From Deltaproteobacteria bacterium (GTDB lineage: Bacteria > Myxococcota_A > UBA9160 > SMWR01), in contig JAFDEI010000005.1 in assembly GCA_019310425.1 (NCBI GenBank), positions 1-51,978 on the forward strand: a stretch of DNA of 51,978 bases. Reading direction: 5' to 3'. Below, one piece after another: positions 8,999 to 19,432 of the stretch. Under the pieces are notes generated by a model. The model had not been told where the DNA came from and did no database searches. It worked only from the letters and a program-made list of their open reading frames with translations. Each line of letters opens with the position of its first letter. Position 1 is the first letter of the stretch. The position numbers and the translations under genes were made by a program.

Positions 8999-10120
8999 AT
9001 GAAGCGGCGAACTCGAAGGGTTGCCGCCGAGCCGGTCGCTCCGTCCCTCCTCTCTTCCCGGCAGGTCGCCGCAGAATTCCGGCAGCGGCTCGCCGACGGT
9101 GCCGAGCTGCGTGCGGTCGGCGATGTGCGCGATCACCCGGAGCGGTTGCTCGACGGCGGCTACACGCCGAAGCACCGCATCGATCTCTTCGACGCGACCT
9201 TCTATCTCACCAATATGCGCTTGGACGACAATTTTCGTTTCTTCGTCGCCTATGTGCTGCTCGCTTCGGGGCAGGGGAGGCGGCCGAAACGGCCGGTGAT
9301 CCATCCGCGAATCTTCTACAAGGATTCTTCACTGGTCTGGCGCTCGCCCACCCACTCCATCCGCTCCGATGAGGACAACTGGATCGGCAAGGGCGATATG
9401 AAGTGGATGGTCGTGAACGGTGAGGAGATCGAGTACAGCGCCGAGGAAACCACGAATCTGCCGCTCGAAATGCAGGCAGCGCTCGACCTTGTCAGTCGGC
9501 GCAGCCGCGCGCAGCGCGACCGCCGCGCGATCGAGTGGGTGTTGCGCAGTGCCCCGGACGGCCGATTCGAGCCGTACCGCGATTTTTCGGGCCCGCGTGC
9601 GAAGGCGATGGCGGATCCGCACCGCCGGATCAACGGCGGTCGCGATATCGCGGTGTTCGAGCGTGAGAACGATCCGACCTCATTGCGTTTCGTCGCCGGC
9701 TTCGAGCCCGATTTCGACTGCGGGGTCATCGCGGTGAGCGACTCGGGCAGCAATCTCTACGGCGGGGCGGTGAAGAAGTTCCGGATTCTGTCGAAGAATC
9801 GGAAGATCCAATATCAGTTCATCGCGGGGCCGCGGCAGGTATGGATCATCCCGCCGCAACCACTCACGACCGAGTTGATGAGCTACGGCGTCAGAACCGT
9901 CGATGCCAATGCACCGGAAGACCTCTGCGTGCCGGGCTATGAGTACCACTTCATCGATGAGAGCGAAGATCCGCCGGTGCTCTACAGCCAGATTCCGGAA
10001 GGATTCGTGGGCGCGGTGAGCGAGGTCGATCCGGCGCGCTCCGATGCATCTCCGTGGATCGAGCAGATGCCCGTAATTCGCGAGTTCAGGAAGAAGCTCG
10101 GGATTCGGCGCGCGCGCTGA
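8999..10120 (+). CDS. Hypothetical soluble protein, 373 aa
   Basis: Long ORF with host-like codon bias and globular composition (RIFYKDSSLVWR, NWIGKGD, PGYEYHF). No family recognised; start uncertain. Confidence 0.75.
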   Translation: MKRRTRRVAAEPVAPSLLSSRQVAAEFRQRLADGAELRAVGDVRDHPERLLDGGYTPKHRIDLFDATFYLTNMRLDDNFRFFVAYVLLASGQGRRPKRPVIHPRIFYKDSSLVWRSPTHSIRSDEDNWIGKGDMKWMVVNGEEIEYSAEETTNLPLEMQAALDLVSRRSRAQRDRRAIEWVLRSAPDGRFEPYRDFSGPRAKAMADPHRRINGGRDIAVFERENDPTSLRFVAGFEPDFDCGVIAVSDSGSNLYGGAVKKFRILSKNRKIQYQFIAGPRQVWIIPPQPLTTELMSYGVRTVDANAPEDLCVPGYEYHFIDESEDPPVLYSQIPEGFVGAVSEVDPARSDASPWIEQMPVIREFRKKLGIRRAR

Positions 10121-10210
10121 CGCGTTCGCTCGCCGCGTCGCCCGCCGAGGCGATCGCGCGCGCCGCCATCGGCTACCTGCTTCGCAGCAGCCGCATTCGC
10201 GCCGTGCCGG

Positions 10211-10612
10211 TCAAGGCTTCGTGGGGCGATCGAAATGCCACGCGAGGAAGGTCTCGACGTCATCGGCGGCGGATTCGGCTTCACTGCGAACGAACTCGTG
10301 CTGCGAGTGAAGGCCGTTCTCGATCAGCCGGCGAACACGGTTCGGGTCGAGGATGCCGAAGCGACGTGCGAGGTGGCCGAAGCCACGCAGCGCAGTTCCG
10401 CGTACTTCCGCGCTGCGGTGCTTGGTGAGTTGTGCACAACAGCACTCCGCCCACACGCGCGCGTCCGACTCGAGTGCGACCTCGGCGATCAGGTCCTGTA
10501 GTTCGAACGGGTCGTCTCGAAGCAGTGCGCCCTCGAATCGCTCTTCGACCGGCGCTCCGGGAAGCGGCATCGGGATGTCGTCGGGGGCCGGGGCAGGGGA
10601 GCGGTGGCTCAT
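10211..10612 (-). CDS. Hypothetical helical protein, HEAT-repeat-like
   Basis: HRSAEVRGTALRGFGHLARR and HEFVRSEAESAADD resemble HEAT/PBS units. Confidence 0.65.
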   Translation of the reverse strand: MSHRSPAPAPDDIPMPLPGAPVEERFEGALLRDDPFELQDLIAEVALESDARVWAECCCAQLTKHRSAEVRGTALRGFGHLARRFGILDPNRVRRLIENGLHSQHEFVRSEAESAADDVETFLAWHFDRPTKP

Positions 10613-10659
10613 GGCGCCCAGTCTACCCCGTGTTCGCGTTGATGCTGGTGCTGCGTGCT

Positions 10660-11076
10660 TCAATCCTGGCGAACGACCATCCGGCAACGCGAGGCGCCCT
10701 GCGGAATCGTTTCCGTGATGGTGAGCTCGGCGCCGCAGCGGCGCAGCAGTACGCGGTCCATCTCCATCGCGGTGTCACACGGGCGTTCGTGCTTTGGTGA
10801 GTCGAAACCGTACGGGCAGTAGGGCAGGTCGAGGGTGAACTGATTGCCCTCGATCTCCGAGAACTGGAATGGAAAGCCCATCTGTTCGCCAGAGTCGACG
10901 AGATGCTGCTTGGTTTCTTCGATGCAGGTGGTTCTGCGCACTCCGCCCAGCCACGGAAAGAACGCGAGAGACCAGCTGTAGCCGCGCGCAATCGGCTCAC
11001 CAATCACCGGAATCTTGCACAGCAGGATGTGGAGGTACCCCGTCATGTGCATGATGGCATCGAGTACTTTCTGCAT
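10660..11076 (-). CDS. Stand-alone V4R/ATC-hydrolase/MetOD-like small protein
   Basis: GGAGG SD. FTLDLPYCPYG...PC...ETIPQGASRCRMVV three-Cys pattern typical of V4R-clan folds. Confidence 0.65.
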   Translation of the reverse strand: MQKVLDAIMHMTGYLHILLCKIPVIGEPIARGYSWSLAFFPWLGGVRRTTCIEETKQHLVDSGEQMGFPFQFSEIEGNQFTLDLPYCPYGFDSPKHERPCDTAMEMDRVLLRRCGAELTITETIPQGASRCRMVVRQD

Positions 11077-11099
11077 GGGTTCGTTCCTCCGGCCTTCGT

Positions 11100-13320
11100 T
11101 CAGGCGCCCCGATCGGGGACGTGGTCGATGTAGATCGGCGACGACCATGCGCGTTCTTCCGCATCGGATGTGCAGTCTTCATCGTAATCGGTCTTCGGGC
11201 CGCCGTAACACGGATCGACCGCGCGGCACACGCCCGCTGGGTCGTCTTCGCAGCGAAGTGCGTCGGCGTTGATCGTCGGCGTTGGCTCCTGGATCGCGCG
11301 CACATAGTAGAGTGCGTCGCGTGCGGAGGGGCCGAACTCCGGGTCGCTGAACTCGACCGTGCAACCGTCGCTCTCACCCGAGCAGGGGAGGACGAGCCAC
11401 GGGTCTTCGACGAGATCGGCGACCGGCTCCCTCGGTGTGGCCTGCGGGCGAATGCGGACGACCTCGATGCGCGTGATGCGCTTGCGGGTATCGGAAGGAT
11501 TGTAACATTCGCCGCGGCAGAGGTGATTCAGGCGGTCTGCCGACAGTGATGCCACGCTGTGCTCGGGGCATCCGGGATTCTGGTGGAAAGCGCCCGCGGC
11601 GCGCACCCGGAAGTGCGGCGTCGCGGAGGCGGTCGTTTGCGATCCCATCGGCAGGTCTGCAGCGGAATCGCGCAGCAGGTCGAACCACAGCAGGATGCGG
11701 TCGCCGCTGGTCCCGTAGACCTCCTTCCGCCCCAGAGCATCCCAGATCGAATCGCGGTCGCGGCCGCTGCTGTGTACCGCGACCAGGCCGCCGGTGCCGA
11801 AGAACGAGCTGAATCGCTCGAACTCCGGGAGCGGAATCACTCCCGAGTCGATCGCCACGGAGTTCGGCTCGGGCTTCTCGTTTCGCGGGATGAAGCTCGC
11901 AAACTGTCCCAGCGCCGAATCGGTGTTCAGCCGTCGGCCGATCTCCTTGTAGCCCGTGCCGGGCCGCGCGGTATGGACATCGCTCGATGCGATGAAGCCG
12001 AAACGAAAGCGCTTCGGCTGCTCCGGATCGTCGAAGTTGGTGAGTGCCAGCGCGTACTGCCCGGAGTTCGCCGGCAGGTAGTTGAAAGAGGGCATGTAAC
12101 AGTCGCGGCACTGGCCCGCGTCCAGCCAGTCGTCGATCGTCGCGGCGGGCACGGTGACGGCTCCGTTGGTGCCCGCTTCGAGGTAGTGCCGGCGCGCGAT
12201 CACGGCCCGGCGTTCGCATTCGTCGTCGCTCTCACCCGCGTCGACGCAGCGCTGGCGGATGATCTCACCTGCACGCCAACAGCTCGGTAGGTAGTCCGCG
12301 CGTGGCTCGGGGCAGTAGGCGGTGCCGTCGCTGTCGAACTCGACCGCGCGAAAGTCACGGTACTTCTCGGAGTTCCCGTGGCCCGAGAAAATCTCGAACA
12401 GCGGCTCGCGCCGTGCCGGGTCGTCGTGCGCGGCGAGCTGCTTGTCCCAGCTCGTACCCGGGGGTGTGTAGAAGCCCCAGGTGTTGCCGTGAGGAATCAC
12501 CATGTATGGAAAGCCCCATTCGTCGAGTTTGTCGAACAGCTCGCCGGGAGTCGGTGCGCCTTCCTGGCAGTCGAGCGGCAGGTCGCGTACCGGAACACCG
12601 GTCGGGCACGGCCTGGTCTCGTCGCGGTCCTGGTGGAAGCGCGCTGCATCGAGGTACGGCTGTCGACTTTCACTACCCGGCGAGCCCGCGATCATGAGCA
12701 GGCGCAGCGCCGGCCCGATTCCCTGGGTCGCACTGCCCGGTGGAAACAGCTGGTAGCGCGATGAGATCGGCCGGGCCGGGACGTTCTCTTCTTCGAGATG
12801 CTGAAGGATCACGTTCTTGTGGCCGTAGTGGTTGTCGGGCGTGGTGCCGATCTGAGTCCATTCCCAGCCCAGGAAGCTCACCAGGTCGGGGGATGCGGGA
12901 TCGCCTGCCACGGCCTGGCATTGGCGTACGGAGCGCTTGGTCTCATCCCACTGGAATGGTGTGAGTCCTTCGGCGTGGTCGTTGATCGACCAGAAATCGA
13001 GTCCCGAGCAGAAGCGCGCGTAGTCGCAGGCATCGGCGGTGGGGTGCGCGCCTTCGCCCTGGAACATCGGCAGGCTCAGCATGAAGGCTGCTGTGCACGT
13101 GCAGATCGCCGAACAGGATCTGTCGGTCCACGGGTGCGTCGAGCGCCGCCGCCGCCGCTCGCTCGCTCGCGAGTTTCGCCTGCGTCCAGGCCTCGGGCAC
13201 GGGTTGCTCGGTGACTTCGCCGGCTCCCTGCCGCTGGCCGAGCCAGCCGTGCCCGAGCGCGAATCCGACGCCTGCGGCCAGGCAGGCCAGGACCGCCAGA
13301 ATCAGTAGTAGCTTGCGCAT
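11100..13320 (-). pseudogene. DUF3604-domain protein (PHP-like metallo-fold), frameshifted near 13089
   Basis: Signal/anchor, then LFGDLHVHS| frame change |AFMLSL; LDFWSINDH, GWEWT, IPHGN, SSDVH, EVYGTSG, YYVRAIQEPT, ERAWSSPI. Confidence 0.8.
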
Positions 13321-13348
13321 GTGTCGGATCCCTCTCGGCTTGCCGCCG

Positions 13349-14254
13349 TCAGGCGAGCTTCTCGAAGTAGCTCCGGAGCGTTGTCTTCCCGCGCGCGGGC
13401 GCTACGGCGTCGACCTCGCCGGCCGTCACGATGAACTCGGCCAGGTCTCCGAACTGGGTACTCAGCAGCCCGATGAAACGCGCGCAGCCGCGCGCGAGCC
13501 ACATCGGGATCACCGTGATCTTGGCGGGCTTTCCGAGGACGTCGAAGGCGAGTTCGGCGACTTCGCGCTGCGTCAGGTTGTCCGGCCCACCGGCTTCGAC
13601 TTCGCGCGCGTCGCCTTCGGCCGCGTCGACGCAGACCTCCGCGAGGTCACCGCCGAAGATCGGGTTGAAGTGGTTTTCGCCGTCGCCGACCAGCAGCACG
13701 CGGCCGCGTTTCGCCATGTCGAGCACGGCCCCCATATCGCTGAAGTAGCCCGAGGGCCGCACGATTGCATGGTCGAGCCCGGATGCCTGGAGGTCGGCGA
13801 CCATCTTCTCGTGGGCCTTCGTGATCGCGAGATCGGCGATCTGGTCTTCTCCGAGCATCGAGACGTAGACGAACTTCTGCACGCCGGCGCGTTGGGCGGC
13901 GTCGAGGAGGTTGCGGTTCGCCTGGTAGTCGACCTGCTCGAAGCTGAGCCCGTCGCGCTGGCGCGAGATTCCGACCGCAGAAAAGACCAGGTCGATGCCG
14001 TCGAACAGATCGTCCAGGGTCTCGGGCTTGGTCACTTCGCCGACGAAGACGTCGTCGATCTTCTCCGCTGCGATTCCAGGTGCGGTGAAGGGGCCGGCCT
14101 CTTCCAAACGTCGGGCGCTGCGTGTGAGAGCCCGAACCCAGTAGCCGCGTCGCTTGAATTCGAGGGCGACGAATTTCCCGAGGTAGCCGGTCGCGCCTGC
14201 CACGAGCACGCGCCGTTCGCTGCCATCCGGTTTCAAGGGTCCACGTTCGAGCAT
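13349..14254 (-). CDS. Atypical SDR / NAD(P)H-binding (NmrA-like) oxidoreductase
   Basis: VLVAGATGYLG, VDYQAN, IVRPSGYFSD, NPIFGGDLA, GGP. Confidence 0.88.
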   Translation of the reverse strand: MLERGPLKPDGSERRVLVAGATGYLGKFVALEFKRRGYWVRALTRSARRLEEAGPFTAPGIAAEKIDDVFVGEVTKPETLDDLFDGIDLVFSAVGISRQRDGLSFEQVDYQANRNLLDAAQRAGVQKFVYVSMLGEDQIADLAITKAHEKMVADLQASGLDHAIVRPSGYFSDMGAVLDMAKRGRVLLVGDGENHFNPIFGGDLAEVCVDAAEGDAREVEAGGPDNLTQREVAELAFDVLGKPAKITVIPMWLARGCARFIGLLSTQFGDLAEFIVTAGEVDAVAPARGKTTLRSYFEKLA

Positions 14255-14266
14255 GTCGGTCTCCCT

Positions 14267-15201
14267 TCAGGTTCCCGCGAGCCGGGCTACGACCGGGGCG
14301 AAGTCGTCCATCTGGGCATCGCCCACGGTTACGTAGCTGATCCCGTAGATCTCGCGGCGGCGCCGCAGCTCGTCACAGATGCTGTCGACCGAGCCGAACA
14401 GGCCGTGCGGGTGCGCGCGCATTTCGTCGGCGCTGAGCCCGAAGGCTCCCCCCATGCCTTCGGCCATGGCGTCGGCCTGGTCGCCGACGAAGGTGAAGTA
14501 CGCGCCTTCACCCACTCGAGCTTCTGTGCGGTGCATTCGGCGGTCGAATTCCGCGGACCATCCGTTCCGAGCGTGCCGGAACGGTTGTTGAAGTTGAAGC
14601 TCACGATGTCGGCCTCGCGGCCCGCAAGCGAGAGGACACGCTTGCCGCCGCCGCCGATCATCAGCGGCGGATGCGGCCGCTGCAACGGCTTCGGGCGGCC
14701 CTCGAAGCCGCTCACCTGGAAGTGCTCCCCCGCGAAGTCGACCGGTCCGTCGGCCATCAATCGCTTGATCAGCTCGACCGCTTCGCCGAGGCGCTCGATC
14801 CGCTTGCCGGGCGGGTCGTACGGGATCGCGGCCGCGGCGTACTCGCTCTCGAGCCAGCCCGCTCCGAGGCCGATTTCGATCCGGCCCTCGGAAAACAGGT
14901 CGAGCGTGGCGGCCTCTTTGGCGAGCATGACGGGGTGGCGGTAGTCGATGCAGAAGACCCGACAGCCGACTCGAAGCGTCGTCGTCGCGTCGGCCGCCGC
15001 TGCCATCGCGGGAACTGCGGCGATCTCCTGCGGTGGATGGCCGGACGCTTCCTGCGCGGGGCCGGGTCCGATGAAGTGGTCGGCGAGGTTCAGCACCGAA
15101 TAGCCGTGGGCCTCGGTCCGGCGCGCGATGTCGCGCCAGGCATCACCCGATGTGGCGCTGAACGACTGCACGCCGAAACGGAACGGTCGGTACTTCGACA
15201 T
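14267..15201 (-). pseudogene. LLM-class probable F420-dependent oxidoreductase (TIGR03621-like), frameshifted near 14505
   Basis: RPFRFGVQ, LADH, DYRHPVMLAKEAATLD, GLGAGW, LMIGGGG. Frame changes at KLEWVK|GAYFTFV; C-terminal RRRE.YGISY...FAPVVARLAG lies in the second frame. Confidence 0.8.
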
Positions 15202-15240
15202 GCTCGGATCCCCTTGTCCGCGCTGGTTTCGCGCGGGCGG

Positions 15241-16038
15241 TCAGTCGAGGTCGAACGCCGCGAGGATCTCGTCCGCGCGGGCCTGGAAGCCGGCTTTCAG
15301 GTCGGGGTGCGGCAGGATGTAGAGATCACCCCGTTTGATGCCGCGGATGACGCGCTCGGCGATCACGCTGGGTTCGGTGCCGGTCGGGAGGATTTGCGTC
15401 ATGAACTCGTCCGGTTCGCCGGGGCCGTACTCGGCCGGGCGGTTGCGATGGCTGGTGTTCAACTGGGTCTTGACGAACGACGGGCACAGTACCGAGACGC
15501 CGATATCGAACGGTGCGAGCTCGCCGCGCAGGGTCTCGGAGATCCCGACGACCGCGTACTTGGTCGCGGTGTAGATGCCGAGCGTGGGCAGCGCCATCAG
15601 GCCCGCGACCGATGCGGTGTTGACGACGTGTCCGCCTTCGCCGTGCTGTTTGATCAGGGGCACGATCGACTGGCAACCGTGTACGACGCCCATCAGGTTC
15701 ACGCCCAGGCACCAGTTCCAGTCGTCGGGCGTGGTCTCGTCCATCGCACCCGAGGGCGCGACGCCTGCGTTGTTGCAGAGGATGTGGATCTTTTCGAACG
15801 CTTCGACGGCCCGCGCGCCCGCGGCCTTCACCGACTCCGGGTCGGAAACGTCACAACGAACGCCGATCACCTCGGCTCCGTCGGCACGTAGCGACTCTTC
15901 GGCTTTCTCGAGTGCGCCGACCTCGATGTCCGCGAGGACGATCTTCGCACCCTCGCCCGCGAAGGCCTGCGCGAGCGCCAATCCGATGCCTGAGGCTCCG
16001 CCAGTTACGAACGCCACTTTGCCTGCGAGATCATCCAT
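15241..16038 (-). CDS. SDR family oxidoreductase
   Basis: TGGASGIG, CNNAGV, NTAS, YTATK, LCPSFVKT. Confidence 0.92.
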   Translation of the reverse strand: MDDLAGKVAFVTGGASGIGLALAQAFAGEGAKIVLADIEVGALEKAEESLRADGAEVIGVRCDVSDPESVKAAGARAVEAFEKIHILCNNAGVAPSGAMDETTPDDWNWCLGVNLMGVVHGCQSIVPLIKQHGEGGHVVNTASVAGLMALPTLGIYTATKYAVVGISETLRGELAPFDIGVSVLCPSFVKTQLNTSHRNRPAEYGPGEPDEFMTQILPTGTEPSVIAERVIRGIKRGDLYILPHPDLKAGFQARADEILAAFDLD

Positions 16039-16207
16039 GCGTCAATTCCCCGGAATGCGTGCGGTTGAAACACCGCGCCTGGGCGGCGCCGACCGGCGCG
16101 TGCGGGCACGAGCGTGCCACAGCGCGCGGGTGATCGAAATGGACAATTCCGGTCGAGTTTTTCTGTATTCCGCCGCGGGGAATCGGACAACTGGCAAGGC
16201 GTGGCGA

Positions 16208-19200
16208 TCAACCGTTCGTCGTCGCTGCGGTGTCGGGAACCTCGAATTCCGGGTCGGAGACGGTCTTTTGGTGCTCGGGAGTGGAATTGGGACTTCGCAG
16301 TCGGTCCATGACGCCCTTGAGATCCTCGAGAATCATGTAGTGAGCCGGAACGACCAGCAAGGAGATCAGCGTGGCGTACAGCACGCCGAAGGCCAGCGAA
16401 ATGGCCATCGGGATCAGCAGTCTCGACTGGATGCTGGTCTCAGCGAGCAGCGGTGTGAGGCCCGCGAAGGTCGTTAGTGACGTCAGCATGATCGCACGGA
16501 AACGGGAGCGACCCGCCTGCGCGAGCGCTTCGCGGATGCTCATCCCATCGGCGCGATAGTGATTGACCCTGTCGATGAGCACGAGGCTGTCGTTCACGAC
16601 CACTCCCGACAGTGCCACCAGCCCGATCACCGACATCATGCTGAAGTCGTACCGCATCAGGATGTGCCCCCAGGCTGCGCCGACGAGGCCGAACGGAATG
16701 GCGGACATGATGATGAGCGGCTGGCTGTAGGACTTCAGCGGAACTGCGAGCAGTGCGTAGATGACCAGCAGCGCCATCATCCAGCCTTTCGCCAGGCTGT
16801 CGAGGAATTCGCTCTGCTCGCGTTGCTCGCCACCGAAGGACACCGAGATCGACGGGAATCGCTCGTAGAGCTTCGGCAACGGACCGTGCTTGAACGCGGC
16901 AATCACCTCGTTGGCGTTGGTCGTGCTGTCGTCGACCTGGGCGATCACGTTCACGACACGGCGTCGGTCGATGCGGCGGATCGAAGTGAAGCCCACGTCG
17001 AGCTTCATCCGCGCCACGCTTCGGAACGGAACCGCGGTGCCGTCAGCGGTCCGGATGCGCATGTTTTCGAGGTCCGCGAGCGAACGCCGCTCACTTTCGG
17101 GATAGCGCACCATGACGGGAACGTCGTCGCGCCCGCGCTGCACGCGCTGGGCCTCCTCGCCGTAGAACGCCTGGCGCACCTGGTGGCCGAGGTCGCGCGC
17201 GGTCAGCCCGAGCGCTTCGGCGGAAGGCAGAATTTCGAGTTCGAGTTCCTGCTTGCCGCCGCGGAAGGAATCTCGGATGTCGATTACGCCGGGAAACTGC
17301 GCCAGCTGGACTCGGGTCGCGCGCGCCGCCTCGCGCAATTCGTCGAGCTGGGGGCCGCTGAGCTCGATCATCACCGGCGAGCCCGCGGTCATGATCGAGG
17401 AGCTGAAGGTCAGCTCCTCGGCTCCGGCAACGGCCCCCGCCTGCTGGCGCCAGCGTCGCGTAATCTCGGCGACGCTGAGGTCGCGGTCCTCGGCGGGGAC
17501 CACCTGGACCAGCACCTCGCCGAGGTTGCCGGCCTTCGCCCATGCCGCGGCGAACCCGGCCGGTCCTTCGGCCTGTTTGAACTTGTAGGGCTGTTGGCCG
17601 ACCGTCGTCTGCAGGTGGGCGAAGATCGGGACACCGAGGTCGGCTTCGACGCGACGCGCGGCCTCGGCGAGCTGCTCGATGCCGTGGGCGGTTAGGTTGG
17701 CGGGCGTGCCCTGTGGCATCGTGAGGTAGGCGACGGTGGCTTCTCCTTCGACCTCGGGCTGGAAGTGGAAGCGCAGCCACCCGCCTGCGAGTAGCCCGAT
17801 CGTCACCAGCAGCGTGAAGATCCCGATAGCGGTCGTGAGATAGCGCCACTCGATCGCGCGGTCGAGCAGCGCCCCGTAGCGTTCTTCGGTGAAGCGCGCG
17901 AGGCCCGCGGCGATGCGGTCCTGGAATCGGCGCCATGCGAATGAGACTGGGTTCGACGGAGCGCGGTCGACTCGAGAGCTATGGCCGAGGTGGGCGGGCA
18001 GGATGAACAGCGACTCGAACAGCGAGAAGAGCAGACACAGCACCACGATCATCGGAATGACGGTCACCATCTTGCCCATCGGCCCGGGCACGAAGAACAT
18101 CGGCGCGAATGCGGCGACCGTGGTCAGTACGCCGAAGATCACCGGCACAGCGATTCCCTGTGCGCCGCGGATCGCGCCCAGCATCGTGTCGCCGCTGCGC
18201 TCCTGCTCGGTGTGGGCGTTCTCGCCGACGATGATCGCGTCGTCGACGACGATCCCGAGGACGACGATGAAGGCCATCAGCGAAATGAGGTTGAGCGACA
18301 GATCGAGGCTCGGCATCAACGCGAGCACACCGAGGAACGACAGCGGAATGCCGAGGCTCACCCAGAGCGCGAGTCGCAGTCGCAGGAACATCGCCAGTAC
18401 GATCACCACCAGCACGAAGCCGGTCTGGCCGGCACGGAGCAGCGTGTCGAGGCGGTCGCGCAGGAAACGCGCGTCGTTCTGCGCGATCGTGAGCGTGATT
18501 CCCTTCGGTAGCGTTGCTTCGGTGCGCTCGAGGTAGCTCTCGACGGTGGCAGCGATTTCGAGCGCGTTCTGCTGGCCGACTCGGAAGACCTGCACGAGCA
18601 CCGCCGGGCTGCCGTCGAAGCGGGAAATCAGGTCACCTTCCTCGAAGCCGTCGACCACGGTTGCGACATCTCCGAGGGTGAGCCGCGTGCCGTCGTAGCG
18701 TGAAATCAGTGGCACGCGTTCGAAGTCGGCGCCGTGGTAGGCCTGCCCCTTGGTACGCAGCAGGATTTCACCGCTGTCGGTGCGAATGGTGCCGCCGGGC
18801 AGGTCGAGCGACGACAGCCGGATTGCTGCGACGATGTCGTCGAAGCTCAGGCCGTGACGCTGCATGTCACTCTCCGAGAGCTCGATCGAAATCTCGTAAT
18901 CGCGGGTCGCGGCGAGCTTGGCATCGCTGATCTGGGGCAGGTTCGTCAGGTCGTCGCGGATGCGTTCTCCGAGGCGCTTGAGTTCGCGCTCGTCGACCTG
19001 TCCCGCGATCGCGATGTCGAGCACAGGAACCAGCAGCTCGGCCTGGGTGACCTGTGGCGATTTCGCGTTCTCAGGGAAGCTCTCGATGCGGTCGACGCGG
19101 TTGCGGACTTCGTCGAGCCGCCGGCGGACGTCTTCGCCGACCATCAGCTCTACACTGACGCTGCCCCGGCCTTCAGCAGCCGTCGAGCTGATGCGTTTGA

Positions 19201-19432
19201 TGCCCTGGAGTCCTTGCAGCGCCTCTTCGATTCGAATGCAGATCGCCTCCTCGACTTCGGTAGGCGATGCACCCGGGTATTCGACGGAGGCGCTGATGAC
19301 GTCGATGCTGATTTCGGGGAAGACCTCGCGCTTGATCGACGGCAGCGCGAACACGCCGCCGATGATCAGCATGAGCATCAGGAGGTTCGCGGTGACGTGA
19401 TTGCGTGCGAACCATGCGATGGCCGCGTTCAC
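16208..19432 (-). CDS. RND efflux transporter permease (AcrB/AcrD/AcrF family)
   Basis: 1074 aa; NHVTANLLM, GIVVDDAIIVGEN, GVVVNDSLVL, RFRAIMLTSLTT; two periplasmic plus TM halves. Confidence 0.95.
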   Translation of the reverse strand: MNAAIAWFARNHVTANLLMLMLIIGGVFALPSIKREVFPEISIDVISASVEYPGASPTEVEEAICIRIEEALQGLQGIKRISSTAAEGRGSVSVELMVGEDVRRRLDEVRNRVDRIESFPENAKSPQVTQAELLVPVLDIAIAGQVDERELKRLGERIRDDLTNLPQISDAKLAATRDYEISIELSESDMQRHGLSFDDIVAAIRLSSLDLPGGTIRTDSGEILLRTKGQAYHGADFERVPLISRYDGTRLTLGDVATVVDGFEEGDLISRFDGSPAVLVQVFRVGQQNALEIAATVESYLERTEATLPKGITLTIAQNDARFLRDRLDTLLRAGQTGFVLVVIVLAMFLRLRLALWVSLGIPLSFLGVLALMPSLDLSLNLISLMAFIVVLGIVVDDAIIVGENAHTEQERSGDTMLGAIRGAQGIAVPVIFGVLTTVAAFAPMFFVPGPMGKMVTVIPMIVVLCLLFSLFESLFILPAHLGHSSRVDRAPSNPVSFAWRRFQDRIAAGLARFTEERYGALLDRAIEWRYLTTAIGIFTLLVTIGLLAGGWLRFHFQPEVEGEATVAYLTMPQGTPANLTAHGIEQLAEAARRVEADLGVPIFAHLQTTVGQQPYKFKQAEGPAGFAAAWAKAGNLGEVLVQVVPAEDRDLSVAEITRRWRQQAGAVAGAEELTFSSSIMTAGSPVMIELSGPQLDELREAARATRVQLAQFPGVIDIRDSFRGGKQELELEILPSAEALGLTARDLGHQVRQAFYGEEAQRVQRGRDDVPVMVRYPESERRSLADLENMRIRTADGTAVPFRSVARMKLDVGFTSIRRIDRRRVVNVIAQVDDSTTNANEVIAAFKHGPLPKLYERFPSISVSFGGEQREQSEFLDSLAKGWMMALLVIYALLAVPLKSYSQPLIIMSAIPFGLVGAAWGHILMRYDFSMMSVIGLVALSGVVVNDSLVLIDRVNHYRADGMSIREALAQAGRSRFRAIMLTSLTTFAGLTPLLAETSIQSRLLIPMAISLAFGVLYATLISLLVVPAHYMILEDLKGVMDRLRSPNSTPEHQKTVSDPEFEVPDTAATTNG

